Below are positions 21,758 through 30,511 of a stretch of 64,000 nucleotides of DNA, one piece after another. The position numbers were made by a program, and so were the translations under genes. The stretch comes from a virus, in the IMG/VR virus record IMGVR_UViG_3300045988_129382, positions 64,001-128,000 of that record. One strand, given 5' to 3'. Position 1 is the stretch's first letter. The number at the start of each line of letters is the position of its first letter. The notes under the pieces are model-generated. The model searched no databases. It was not told the DNA's origin and saw nothing but the letters and a program-made list of their open reading frames with translations.

Positions 21758-22174
21758 ATGGACTTTAATGGTTTAAAGAATGTTACACCTATCTTCCAAA
21801 CACTATTAAATAATGCTAAGAGTGGTATTCCTAAGAAAATTCAAGTTTTCATAGGAATACTTGCTCTTATTTGGTTATTACCAATAGTGTTAGATATAGT
21901 GTTTGTTGTTTTAGGTGTATTTTATGATTATAAGCCTGATATGATACTAAAGTTTTTACCGAGGTTAGAACAGTTAATTAGTATACTCACAGGTGTTTCT
22001 GCTGTTGCGTGTTTAATGGCGATTATCGGTTTATTTACAGATTCAGATGGTGATGGTATACCTGATTCTGTTGATAAAGATAATAAAACACCAGTAACAA
22101 ATAATAGTATTCAAGTCAATGTAGGTTCTGATGGAAGTAAATCTCCTAAGTTACCATTACACATTGACAAATAA
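21758..22174 (+). CDS. Membrane protein, holin candidate
   Basis: ATG at 21758 after a GGTGAGAGG RBS. It has 2-3 hydrophobic helices ('VFIGILALIWLLPIVLDIVFVVLGVF', 'GVSAVACLMAIIGLF') and an acidic tail 'DSDGDGIPDSVDKD'. Confidence 0.45.
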   Translation: MDFNGLKNVTPIFQTLLNNAKSGIPKKIQVFIGILALIWLLPIVLDIVFVVLGVFYDYKPDMILKFLPRLEQLISILTGVSAVACLMAIIGLFTDSDGDGIPDSVDKDNKTPVTNNSIQVNVGSDGSKSPKLPLHIDK

Positions 22175-22226
22175 TTTGTTTTAGTAGGTATTTTTTAGTA
22201 TGCGTATGCTTTATAGGAGATGTTTT

Positions 22227-22868
22227 ATGATTGGAGATTTAAGCAAGGAATATGAATCCAATGGCGATATCGGTGCTATCTCTACTGGTGAGGGAGATTA
22301 TGGTGGTAAGTCATATGGTATGTACCAATTAGCTAGTAATGTGGGTTCTGTTGATGATTTTATTGCATGGGGATTAAATTCTGAGTATAGTTGGATTGCA
22401 GAAGAGTTAGATAAATATGAGATTGGTTCATATGATTTTGACAATGCTTGGACATATTTTGCGAATAATGACTATGAGAATTTCTACAACATGCAACATT
22501 CTTATGCTATTCATAAGTATTATGATGTATCAGTTGAGTTGTTAAGGGAACATTTATTTAACATTGAAAATCATAGTGAGACTATGAAAGATGTAATTTT
22601 CTCTAGGGCAATTCAATATGGTACTGGTAATATTGTAGAAATGTTTGAAGATGCATTAGTAATTATGGGTGAGAAATTAAATCTTGATTTACAAAATCTT
22701 TCTTATGTAGATGAGAAACGATTTGATTACGATTTAATCACCTCTATCTATGACGTTTGTATGACTACAGAGTGGAATAATTCTTCTTTAAGGGAAAACT
22801 TAAATCATAGGTTTAGGGAAGAAAAAGCTAAGGCTATTCAAATGTTGTCTGATGAGTTAGGAATCTAG
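22227..22868 (+). CDS. Lysozyme/transglycosylase-like protein, endolysin candidate
   Basis: ATG at 22227 after an AGGAG RBS. 'EYESNGDIGAISTGEGDYGGKSYGMYQL' resembles the ES...GA.G.yQ core of the lysozyme-like/SLT superfamily. It is adjacent to the membrane protein. Confidence 0.4.
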   Translation: MIGDLSKEYESNGDIGAISTGEGDYGGKSYGMYQLASNVGSVDDFIAWGLNSEYSWIAEELDKYEIGSYDFDNAWTYFANNDYENFYNMQHSYAIHKYYDVSVELLREHLFNIENHSETMKDVIFSRAIQYGTGNIVEMFEDALVIMGEKLNLDLQNLSYVDEKRFDYDLITSIYDVCMTTEWNNSSLRENLNHRFREEKAKAIQMLSDELGI

Positions 22869-22877
22869 GTGATTCAT

Positions 22878-23156
22878 ATGGGTTTCATTGATAAGTTAAT
22901 AGAATGTATTAGAGTTTTATTCTTAGGTAAGAGTATTGATAGTGTTGTTACGTCTACACAAGACAAAGTAGTAGGTACAGTTAATAATACTGTTGATGAA
23001 GTTTCTTCTAAGGTAGATACAAAAGTTAATGATATCACTGATAAAGTAGATAACATTACTGATACAGTAGATGGTAAAATTGACGATGTATCTAATAAAG
23101 TTGAAGATATTGTTGAGAACTCTAAAAAATTAGGTATTAACATTAGGAAAAAATAG
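22878..23156 (+). CDS. Small protein with a hydrophobic N-terminus and V(D/N)..V(D/S).KVD repeats
   Basis: ATG at 22878 after an AGGTGA RBS. Repeats read 'VNNTVDEVSSKVDTKVNDITDKVDNITDTVDGKIDDVSNKVEDI'. Confidence 0.5.
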   Translation: MGFIDKLIECIRVLFLGKSIDSVVTSTQDKVVGTVNNTVDEVSSKVDTKVNDITDKVDNITDTVDGKIDDVSNKVEDIVENSKKLGINIRKK

Positions 23157-23164
23157 TGTATAAT

Positions 23165-23200
23165 AAGAGTGTATCATTTTATTGGTACACTCTTATTTTT
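23165..23200 (+). terminator. Rho-independent terminator
   Basis: AAGAGTGTA / TACACTCTT stem followed by ATTTTT. Confidence 0.7.
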
Positions 23201-23218
23201 ATGTGTGGGGATTGATTT

Positions 23219-23833
23219 ATGGGACTATTTGATGTTGATGGTATAGGGTTTAAAAGTAAAGAAAAAGCTAAGAATGAAAACTCTTTTGATATGGGGGTTG
23301 ATATCTCTAAAGTAGATAATAGTTTAGTTAATACAAATAAGACTAGTGGTAGTGATTTTGATAAGACACTTGTAGGTGAGATAAATCCTTTGGTTAAGGT
23401 TGATGTTATCAATCATTATTTTAAGTTAAGTGATTTGTTAAGGGAGTATGGGTGCTATATTGATGGTTCTACTATGTATTGTCCTTTTCATGATGACGAT
23501 ATTACAGGTAAGCCATCTGCTAAATATCATTCAGATACAGACTTGTTGTATTGCTTTTCAGAAAATAAGGTCTACAGTTCATATCATGCATTAAAGATTT
23601 TATTTGGTAAGGATGTAAACCTAATCTTTAAAAAGATATGGTCTACACTATCTAAAGAAGAGAGATTGTCTTATATTGGTAAGCATGATGAAAAGGTTAA
23701 AGATGTTGTAGTAGAGGATACAGGCTGGGATTATTATAACAAGAATGTCTTGTCTACTTTTAAGGTTGGTAAGGTATCATATGAACAGTATAAAAACGCT
23801 TTATATAAAGTATTATCATTAATTCAAGAATAA
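23219..23833 (+). CDS. Primase-type CHC2 zinc-finger-like protein (degenerate finger)
   Basis: 'YCPFHDDDITGKPSAKYHSDTDLLYCFSENK' matches the first half of the DnaG CHC2 finger (CPFH..x..PS). The second CxxC is missing. Confidence 0.45.
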   Translation: MGLFDVDGIGFKSKEKAKNENSFDMGVDISKVDNSLVNTNKTSGSDFDKTLVGEINPLVKVDVINHYFKLSDLLREYGCYIDGSTMYCPFHDDDITGKPSAKYHSDTDLLYCFSENKVYSSYHALKILFGKDVNLIFKKIWSTLSKEERLSYIGKHDEKVKDVVVEDTGWDYYNKNVLSTFKVGKVSYEQYKNALYKVLSLIQE

Positions 23834-23861
23834 AATAGTATGAATTTTAAGTAAATTGTAG

Positions 23862-23890
23862 TTGTAAAGTTACTTAAAATTAAGTATAAT
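23862..23890 (+). promoter_or_regulatory. Sigma-70/SigA-type promoter candidate
   Basis: TTGTAA (23862-67), 17-nt spacer, TATAAT (23885-90), upstream of gene 23949. Confidence 0.5.
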
Positions 23891-23927
23891 AGATACAGTA
23901 GAAAATGTTACTACAGTATCTATTTTT
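23891..23927 (+). terminator. Rho-independent terminator abutting the promoter
   Basis: AGATACAGTAG / CTACAGTATCT stem with one central mismatch, followed by ATTTTTA. Confidence 0.55.
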
Positions 23928-23948
23928 ATTTAAAAGAGGAGAAATGCT

Positions 23949-24131
23949 ATGGCTAAGATTACAGCTATTCGTTTACCTAATGGTAAGGTTAAGATTACTA
24001 ATTCAGATATTAGTGGTATTATTGGGGAAGAGTTCAATTCATCTGATGACTTCTTCAATAAATACAAAACAATTAATGAATCTACAGGTGTAGAGAATGA
24101 TTGTGTGTTGTTAGAGTCAATCAATGGCTAA
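23949..24131 (+). CDS. Small hypothetical protein
   Basis: 60-aa ORF with a strong AGAGGAGA RBS. Confidence 0.6.
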   Translation: MAKITAIRLPNGKVKITNSDISGIIGEEFNSSDDFFNKYKTINESTGVENDCVLLESING

Positions 24132-24603
24132 TGTTCCTGTTATAGGTAATGGACTTGCTGTAATACCATTACATACTAGGGGTACAAGTAAGAAGAAAAA
24201 TAAAAGAGTTGCTGATTATTTAACTAGGAGTACTTTTTTAAAACTGTTAGTAGAATATTCAGATATAGAGAAGATGGATATCGTATATTTAACTGGTATG
24301 GGTGTTATGTATCAAGACGATATATTAGATGGTTCTGTTACTTTAAGAGATATCATACAAAATACTAGTTGGTGTAATATAGTTGCTGAAGAACTGTATC
24401 GTTTATGTCTATCATTAGGTACAAATAGGATAGTTCTTCTAGCTAGAAGCGATAGATTTTTAAAGCTTGCTAAGACTCTTAGGTCTAGAGGTGTTATAGT
24501 TGAAAATCCTATAATGGGTGTATTGTCAGAGAGGTATGCAATTAAGATACTTTTCTCTAAAACTAAGTTATTAGTAAATACAAGTGGTGGATTTTCAAAA
24601 TGA
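24124..24603 (+). CDS. Hypothetical protein
   Basis: 159-aa ORF overlapping both neighbouring genes. No motif recognised. Confidence 0.55.
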   Translation: MANVPVIGNGLAVIPLHTRGTSKKKNKRVADYLTRSTFLKLLVEYSDIEKMDIVYLTGMGVMYQDDILDGSVTLRDIIQNTSWCNIVAEELYRLCLSLGTNRIVLLARSDRFLKLAKTLRSRGVIVENPIMGVLSERYAIKILFSKTKLLVNTSGGFSK

Positions 24604-24998
24604 GTAGAGAGTTACCTTTATTTTTACAGAATTTAACATGTGATATTACTGATTGTGTGTTTACATTAAAGTTGGTAGGTAGTACTTTTCAATATAATGC
24701 ACAAGAGGTGTTACAGGCTATACTAGATAATAATATGGTTAATAGAGTTATACTAGAATTAGTACGTGAGCCTGAAAATGTTCATGATAAGCATGCTGTA
24801 AAAGTTATGCTATCCGTTGATGGCTATAGTGGTACATATCATGTTGGGTATGTATCAAGAGATATAAGTGAGACAATTAGTTTTCTTCTACAAGATGATG
24901 ACTTATGTGTACATATTTCAGATGTATTCATGAGTGGTGGTGGATTAGATTACTATGTAGGTCTTATGTTTAATTGTAGATTTAAAAGAAAGGAATAA
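24600..24998 (+). CDS. HIRAN-domain protein
   Basis: 'LVGSTFQYNAQEVL...VILELVREPENVHDKHAVKVML...HVGYVSRDISE' fits the HIRAN pattern (G..y...L.rEp.N..D.nAi.V...GYv.r..a). Confidence 0.6.
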   Translation: MSRELPLFLQNLTCDITDCVFTLKLVGSTFQYNAQEVLQAILDNNMVNRVILELVREPENVHDKHAVKVMLSVDGYSGTYHVGYVSRDISETISFLLQDDDLCVHISDVFMSGGGLDYYVGLMFNCRFKRKE

Positions 24999-25007
24999 AA
25001 TCTATCT

Positions 25008-28000
25008 ATGGCTAATGAGAAAGCTAAGAGTGATTATAAACATTGGGTAGGTGCTGTTCCTAAGATAGAGAACTGGTATAAGAATTTTAACTTTGTATTA
25101 GTTGAAAGTATGGAAGACTTAAAGAGTATCTTTAAAGATAAAAAAGATTACTATATGGCTTTCGATACAGAGACTACTGGTTTAGATTTTGAGGAGATTG
25201 ACTTAGTAGGGTATTCCTTTTGTTTAGATGGGAAGACAGCATACTACGTTCCTGTATATCATTTTCAATATGATGGGAACTTGGGTGAGGAATCTGTAAA
25301 GTTCATCTATGAGCGTATGTGCGAAGCTAAAAAAGTATTCATGTATAATATGCGGTATGATGCACGTATTATGGAATATTATGGGTATAAAGAGAATAAA
25401 GCTGATTTAGATAAAAGACGTTGGATGTATGCTAAGTTTGATATGTCTAAGGTTGATTACTATGATGTTTCTGTACCTGTATGGTTAGCTGATACAAACC
25501 AAAAATATCCTAGTCTTAAATGGTCTAGTTTACATTTCTTAGGGATTGAACAGTTACACTTTGATGAGGTAATTGAAAATGCTGGCTCATTCTTCTATTT
25601 AAACCCGTCTGAAAATGAAGATACAGTGTTTTATGCCGCCGCAGATGCGTTGTGTACATTTTTACTTGCGACTGCAACAGTTAAGTATTTTACAGAGGCA
25701 AAACATTCGGCTAAGTTTGATAATCTAATGTTATATCCATTATTACATTATGAAAATGAGAAGATTTGGTTAGATGGTGATGTTCTTAAAAATCTTTACA
25801 TTACAGCTACTGATAGAGTAGATAAGATGGAGAGAGATGTGTACGCTATGATAGGTGGGCAGATTAATTTAAACTCACCTGTACAAGTTGCACAAGCTTT
25901 TGAGAGGTTGGGAATTGATACTGGTGAGCGTACATCTAAAGGTACTATGTCCGTTGGTATTAAAATATTGGCTGATTTACCTAAAGAGTATGTAGAAAAG
26001 TTCCCAGCTTTAAAATCATATATCAACTATAAGAAAACAGCTAAATTAATATCTTCATATATTAAACCTTTGTTGAAAGAGTATGAACGTAGGGGTTATT
26101 GTAGGTTCGCTTATAAAACTACTGAAGTACCAACTGGGAGGCTTGCTTGTGGTAAGGATGGGAAGAATTCTTTCTTTAGCCCGATTAATGCACAATCCCT
26201 GCCTAAGCCACATGTAAAGATGGAAGACGTATTTGACTTAGGTGATAGAAATTTATTCTCTAAGAAAGATAATATCATTATGGGGTATAAGTTTGTTTAT
26301 TCTTCTTATGATGAGGAAGGAAAACATATTATACCTGATGACCCAACATATATTGGATGGGTAGAGGGTATGGATGATGACTTAAATATACGGATGGCTA
26401 TTTCCCCTAAAATGTTAGAAGATAGCAATGATGCTGAATTCCTGTACTGTAGCTTTGACTATGCCGCGGAGGAGTTACGTATCGCCGCTAATTTAAGTCG
26501 TGAGCCTAATTGGGTTGATGCTTTTGTACATGGGGATGACATTCATAAAAGGTGTTATTCTTTAGATACTGAGTTTTTAACTAGGGATGGTTGGAAAACT
26601 TATGAGCATATTGGTATTGATACTGAGATTGCACAGTATAATGAAGATACTAAAGAATTAGAGTTTGTTAAGGCTGGTCATGCTTATTTCAATGAAACAG
26701 ATACAATGTATCATTTTGTTGGTAATAATACGGATTTATTAGTAACTCCTAATCATCGTATGTATGATAAAGGTAGGGATAATTGGTATATAAAACGTGC
26801 AGATGAGTTATATAAGAAACATTCCTATCGTACAATTTGTAGTCCTGTATCTACTAAAGTATTTAGAAGTTCAGATGATATTGTAGATAGTGGGGTTATT
26901 CACATAGGTAGTACATATCACAAAGATGGATATGATATTTCAGTTGATGATTTTGTAGAACTTCTTGGGTATGTTATTACTGATGGTGGTACATGTTTAC
27001 GTAGTAATGGTTCTAAGACTGTATACTTTTCTCAGTCAGATGTAAAATCAGAAGTGTTGTCTAAGATGCAAAAACTTAATGCTAGATTAGGGAATATTTT
27101 TGATGAAAAAGTTACTATCTGTAAAGGTAAAGAAATTAATATTTGTGGTAGGACTTCCACGTTAAGTGGTGATTTTCATGTCTTTTCTGTTACAAGTTCA
27201 GCTTTATTTGATACTATTGTTAGCTATATAGGTGGTAATCTTAAAAAAGATAGGGTTTTGTCTGATAAGATGTTACATTTTAGTGATAGATTATTAGAAA
27301 AATTCTTCTTAGCTATGTATGATGGCGATGGTTTACATGATAACAGAAAGGGTAGAGAAAATTCTAAAACTATATTAGTACAGTCTAAAAAACTAGTTGA
27401 ACAGTTACAATTAATTCTTATTAATTTAGGGTACTCAACTAATATTAAAGATGTTTCTCATAGATACAGTGTTTCTTTGTATAAACTTAATTGTGTCAGA
27501 GGTAAGAGAGATGTTAGGGGTTCAAACAAGAATACTAAGATTATTAAGTATGATGAGCCTGTTAAATCTGTGTGTTTTGCAGTTCCTAGTTCGTTGTTGT
27601 TCGTGAGACGTAATGGTAAGACATCAGTTTGTGGTAATACAGCCGTAGCTATCTGGGGTGAAGAGAACTATAATAGGGATTATCGTAAGATGGCAAAGTA
27701 CGCCAACTTCTCTATTTTGTATGGTGCTAGTTCTCATTCATTGTATGCTGATAGTAGGTATGGTTTTAAGTCTTTACAAGAAGCAGAAGATTTCTATGAT
27801 AAGTATAAGAAAGCATTACCTACATTATTCCAGTGGCAAGATAGGTTAATCTATAGTGCTAGACGTAAAGGCATGTTACAGACATTCTTTGGTAGACCAC
27901 GTAGGTTACGTTCTTATTATGAGAATAAACAGATAGGTTTTGCTAATCGTAGTGCTGGTAACACAAGTGTACAGGGTGTTGCTGGTGATATTCTTAAAAT

Positions 28001-28286
28001 GGTAATGATTAAGTTGTGGAGAGCATTATTTAATAATGAAGAATTCAAGAACGATGTTGCTTGGAGGGTTGCCATTCACGATGAGATTGGTTATACAATA
28101 CGTGCTACTAAATTAATGCGTATATTAAAGATTATTAAAGAAACACAGTCTGTTAAGTTACCAGAGTGGCCAGTAGAGATTATTACTGACCCATCTGTTG
28201 GGTGGTCTATGGGTAGAGTATATGATTTTCATATGGTTGAGGATGATTCTGAATTAGGGTATCATTTTGAACCTGATTTAGCGTAG
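25008..28286 (+). CDS. polA: Family-A DNA polymerase (Pol I-like, with 3'-5' exonuclease domain) containing an intein
   Basis: Exo I 'AFDTETTGL'; motif A 'FDYAAEELRIAANLS'; 'GDDIHKR' then insert then 'TAVAIWG' (the DIHxxTA motif); motif B 'RKMAKYANFSILYGAS'; motif C 'AIHDEIGY'. Confidence 0.9.
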   Translation: MANEKAKSDYKHWVGAVPKIENWYKNFNFVLVESMEDLKSIFKDKKDYYMAFDTETTGLDFEEIDLVGYSFCLDGKTAYYVPVYHFQYDGNLGEESVKFIYERMCEAKKVFMYNMRYDARIMEYYGYKENKADLDKRRWMYAKFDMSKVDYYDVSVPVWLADTNQKYPSLKWSSLHFLGIEQLHFDEVIENAGSFFYLNPSENEDTVFYAAADALCTFLLATATVKYFTEAKHSAKFDNLMLYPLLHYENEKIWLDGDVLKNLYITATDRVDKMERDVYAMIGGQINLNSPVQVAQAFERLGIDTGERTSKGTMSVGIKILADLPKEYVEKFPALKSYINYKKTAKLISSYIKPLLKEYERRGYCRFAYKTTEVPTGRLACGKDGKNSFFSPINAQSLPKPHVKMEDVFDLGDRNLFSKKDNIIMGYKFVYSSYDEEGKHIIPDDPTYIGWVEGMDDDLNIRMAISPKMLEDSNDAEFLYCSFDYAAEELRIAANLSREPNWVDAFVHGDDIHKRCYSLDTEFLTRDGWKTYEHIGIDTEIAQYNEDTKELEFVKAGHAYFNETDTMYHFVGNNTDLLVTPNHRMYDKGRDNWYIKRADELYKKHSYRTICSPVSTKVFRSSDDIVDSGVIHIGSTYHKDGYDISVDDFVELLGYVITDGGTCLRSNGSKTVYFSQSDVKSEVLSKMQKLNARLGNIFDEKVTICKGKEINICGRTSTLSGDFHVFSVTSSALFDTIVSYIGGNLKKDRVLSDKMLHFSDRLLEKFFLAMYDGDGLHDNRKGRENSKTILVQSKKLVEQLQLILINLGYSTNIKDVSHRYSVSLYKLNCVRGKRDVRGSNKNTKIIKYDEPVKSVCFAVPSSLLFVRRNGKTSVCGNTAVAIWGEENYNRDYRKMAKYANFSILYGASSHSLYADSRYGFKSLQEAEDFYDKYKKALPTLFQWQDRLIYSARRKGMLQTFFGRPRRLRSYYENKQIGFANRSAGNTSVQGVAGDILKMVMIKLWRALFNNEEFKNDVAWRVAIHDEIGYTIRATKLMRILKIIKETQSVKLPEWPVEIITDPSVGWSMGRVYDFHMVEDDSELGYHFEPDLA
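26553..27638 (+). mobile_element. Intein (362 aa) with a LAGLIDADG homing-endonuclease domain, inside the polymerase
   Basis: In-frame insert. It starts with Cys ('CYSLDTEFLT', block A) and has 'VTPNH' (block B TxxH). The two LAGLIDADG motifs are 'LLGYVITDGG' and 'FFLAMYDGDG'. It ends '...SVCGN' followed by a +1 Thr. Confidence 0.85.
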
Positions 28287-28295
28287 GGGATTATT

Positions 28296-28832
28296 ATGGA
28301 AGAGTTTATTTTTGATAGTTTGACTCTTGATGACCTAGTTAAGTATGTAGATACATCAAAAGTATTTAATATTACTAAGGGTGAATTTAATCAAGTTAAA
28401 GTATATCTGGCAAGTTATGAAGATGAAAAGCTAGGTAGTGCAGTTGAGCGTTTAGATGTTGCTTATCACATTGGTAACAGGTGGTCTTTGGTAGATATGG
28501 CTAAAGTTGATGGTTTTAATGAAGTACCATTGAGTTGGTTGTTATCTGATGTGGGTAATATTGATGACTGTTTAGTTATTTTACGTAGAATGTCTAATAT
28601 GGTTCTAGACAAGAATAATTCTAGCTTATCTACGTATATTTATCATATTGTTGATGATGCTTATAAGTTTGTTACTTCTAATGCTTTAATGAATGGTAAA
28701 TTAGCTAGATATGGTATTAGGTTAGATGGTTCTATTGATAATATTCTTGATATTATCAATAACAATGTTGATAATGATTACGATAAGAATTCATTAATTT
28801 CTTTTATTAAGAGTGGTGTTGCTAATGAGTGA
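28296..28832 (+). CDS. Hypothetical protein
   Basis: 178-aa ORF with a GGGGA RBS. No motif recognised. Confidence 0.55.
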   Translation: MEEFIFDSLTLDDLVKYVDTSKVFNITKGEFNQVKVYLASYEDEKLGSAVERLDVAYHIGNRWSLVDMAKVDGFNEVPLSWLLSDVGNIDDCLVILRRMSNMVLDKNNSSLSTYIYHIVDDAYKFVTSNALMNGKLARYGIRLDGSIDNILDIINNNVDNDYDKNSLISFIKSGVANE

Positions 28833-29121
28833 TATGTTAGAGTTGGTTCAGTTAGGTAAAAATGTACGATACATTAGAGTTAATGTATTAGAAACAACAA
28901 TATCTGAATTCTCTAATTTAACTGGTATTAGTCGAGATGTAGTGTGTAGAATTGAAGATTTAAGGATGGGTAAGGGTTCAAAGACTTGCCCGTCTGTGTC
29001 TACTATATTAAAGTTGTGTAAATCTCTAAACATTGAAATTGGTGATATTATGGGTAATGATATATCTTCTAATGAAGATGCTTTACATAATTTAAAGGAG
29101 GTTGTTTCTTGTGGCAATTAG
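28825..29121 (+). CDS. XRE-family helix-turn-helix DNA-binding protein
   Basis: 'TTISEFSNLTGISRDVVCRIEDLRMGK...STILKLCKSLNIEIGDIMG' is an HTH_3-type pattern. The ATG at 28825 is preferred over the GTG at 28813. Confidence 0.6.
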   Translation: MSDMLELVQLGKNVRYIRVNVLETTISEFSNLTGISRDVVCRIEDLRMGKGSKTCPSVSTILKLCKSLNIEIGDIMGNDISSNEDALHNLKEVVSCGN

Positions 29122-30445
29122 TGTTGGTAGAACTTTAAATGAGTTAAAGCAGATGTCATTTGATTGTGGTATCACAATTCCTAATAGAGAAGATGGTAAG
29201 TCTTTAAAGAAAGAGGATTACATATTACCGATTAGAGAGCATAATCTTTCTATTAGATATGGTAGTGTTGAGAATACTCCTGAGCATTTAAAGTTAATGT
29301 TACAGTTAAAATCACCTATGTTGGCTGGTAGGATTGATTCTTTTAAAGAAGAACAGCAACAAGAGGTGTGGGATTCAGATAATTGGTCAATGGAACAGAA
29401 GTTAAATGGGGTTAGATGTTTTATTATTAACGATGGTACAGGTATTCACTTATATAGTAGACATAATAGTGATATTGACTTGCTTCCCATAGAGTTTACT
29501 GAAAAAGTTAAATTACCTAAAGATTTCTCATATGGTAGGTTAGATAGAACTTTTATTTTAGATTGTGAGTTAACATCAGATAACCCTAATATATGTACTG
29601 TGTTAGATGGTTATGGAGTAGATACAAGTTCTCAGTTACAAGCAGTTACATCTATCTTAGGTTCTAATACTGATAGGGCATTAGATATTCAAGATTTTAA
29701 TGATTTAGACTTAGTGTTTAATGCATTTGATTGCATTTACTGTGATGATAAATGGATAATGGATATTCCTTTGTATGAGCGTAGGGAATACTTATCGACT
29801 GTTATCGATATGTTGGTAGATGCTAACTTTAATGCTAGACCTGTTAAATATGTAGTGGATAATAAGAAAGAGTTTTATAAGCATTTAATTAGCTTAGGGT
29901 TAGAGGGTACTGTAGCTAAACGATTAGATGGTGTATACGTACCTGATACAACTAGGAATTTTAAAGGATGGGTTAAGTGTAAGAGGTCTTTGTCTGACTC
30001 ATTGAGTGCATTTAATTCACAATCATCATTAAGTGCTTTTGATACATTAGATGATGTAAGTGGCGATATAACTTTTTCATTTGGTGACACTATTGATGCT
30101 TTTATTACAGGCTATGAGTTGGGTAATAAGGGTTCTGCGTTTGAGAACATGATAGGTTCTATCTGTGTTTCTGTGTATGTTGAAAAAGAAGATGGTACAC
30201 AGGAAGTTAGGGAGATTGGTAAGTTCAGTGGTTTCAATCTTGATATGCGTAAGAATATGGGAACTGTTGTAAATGGTAAGACAGTACTTAAACCAGAATA
30301 CTATGGTAAAGTTGTAGAGATTGATGGGCAACAAATTACTAAAAATGGTAGGTTCGCACATTGTGTATTTATTGGGTTTAGATACGATAAGTTAAAGGAT
30401 GCTTGTATTCTTAAAGAAGAGTTCTTAAAATCACAACTACTATAA
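29111..30445 (+). CDS. ATP-dependent DNA ligase
   Basis: Motif I 'EQKLNGVR' (KxDG with Asp replaced by Asn); motif III 'FILDCELT'; IIIa 'FNAFDCIY'; IV 'EGTVAKRLD'; V 'GWVKCKR'. The GTG at 29111 lies 9 nt after an AAGGAGG RBS. Confidence 0.75.
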   Translation: MAISVGRTLNELKQMSFDCGITIPNREDGKSLKKEDYILPIREHNLSIRYGSVENTPEHLKLMLQLKSPMLAGRIDSFKEEQQQEVWDSDNWSMEQKLNGVRCFIINDGTGIHLYSRHNSDIDLLPIEFTEKVKLPKDFSYGRLDRTFILDCELTSDNPNICTVLDGYGVDTSSQLQAVTSILGSNTDRALDIQDFNDLDLVFNAFDCIYCDDKWIMDIPLYERREYLSTVIDMLVDANFNARPVKYVVDNKKEFYKHLISLGLEGTVAKRLDGVYVPDTTRNFKGWVKCKRSLSDSLSAFNSQSSLSAFDTLDDVSGDITFSFGDTIDAFITGYELGNKGSAFENMIGSICVSVYVEKEDGTQEVREIGKFSGFNLDMRKNMGTVVNGKTVLKPEYYGKVVEIDGQQITKNGRFAHCVFIGFRYDKLKDACILKEEFLKSQLL

Positions 30446-30511
30446 TTTTTACTTGATTTTAAGTAAAGATAGTGTTAAAATTTTATTATCTAATGTTTTG
30501 AGGTGCATTAT

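Noticed and set aside
26553-27638. Group I intron, or a free-standing homing endonuclease gene, interrupting the polymerase
   Set aside because: The insert is in frame with no stop codons or internal RBS. It begins with Cys, ends Asn followed by Thr, and has intein blocks A and B. Its removal restores the DIHxxTA motif exactly. These are features of an intein rather than an intron.
28825-29121. The XRE-type HTH protein as a CI-like lysogeny repressor (temperate lifestyle)
   Set aside because: No integrase, excisionase, Cro/antirepressor pair or divergent promoter architecture is present in the window. The gene sits co-directionally between the polymerase and ligase genes, so it is more likely a phage transcription regulator.
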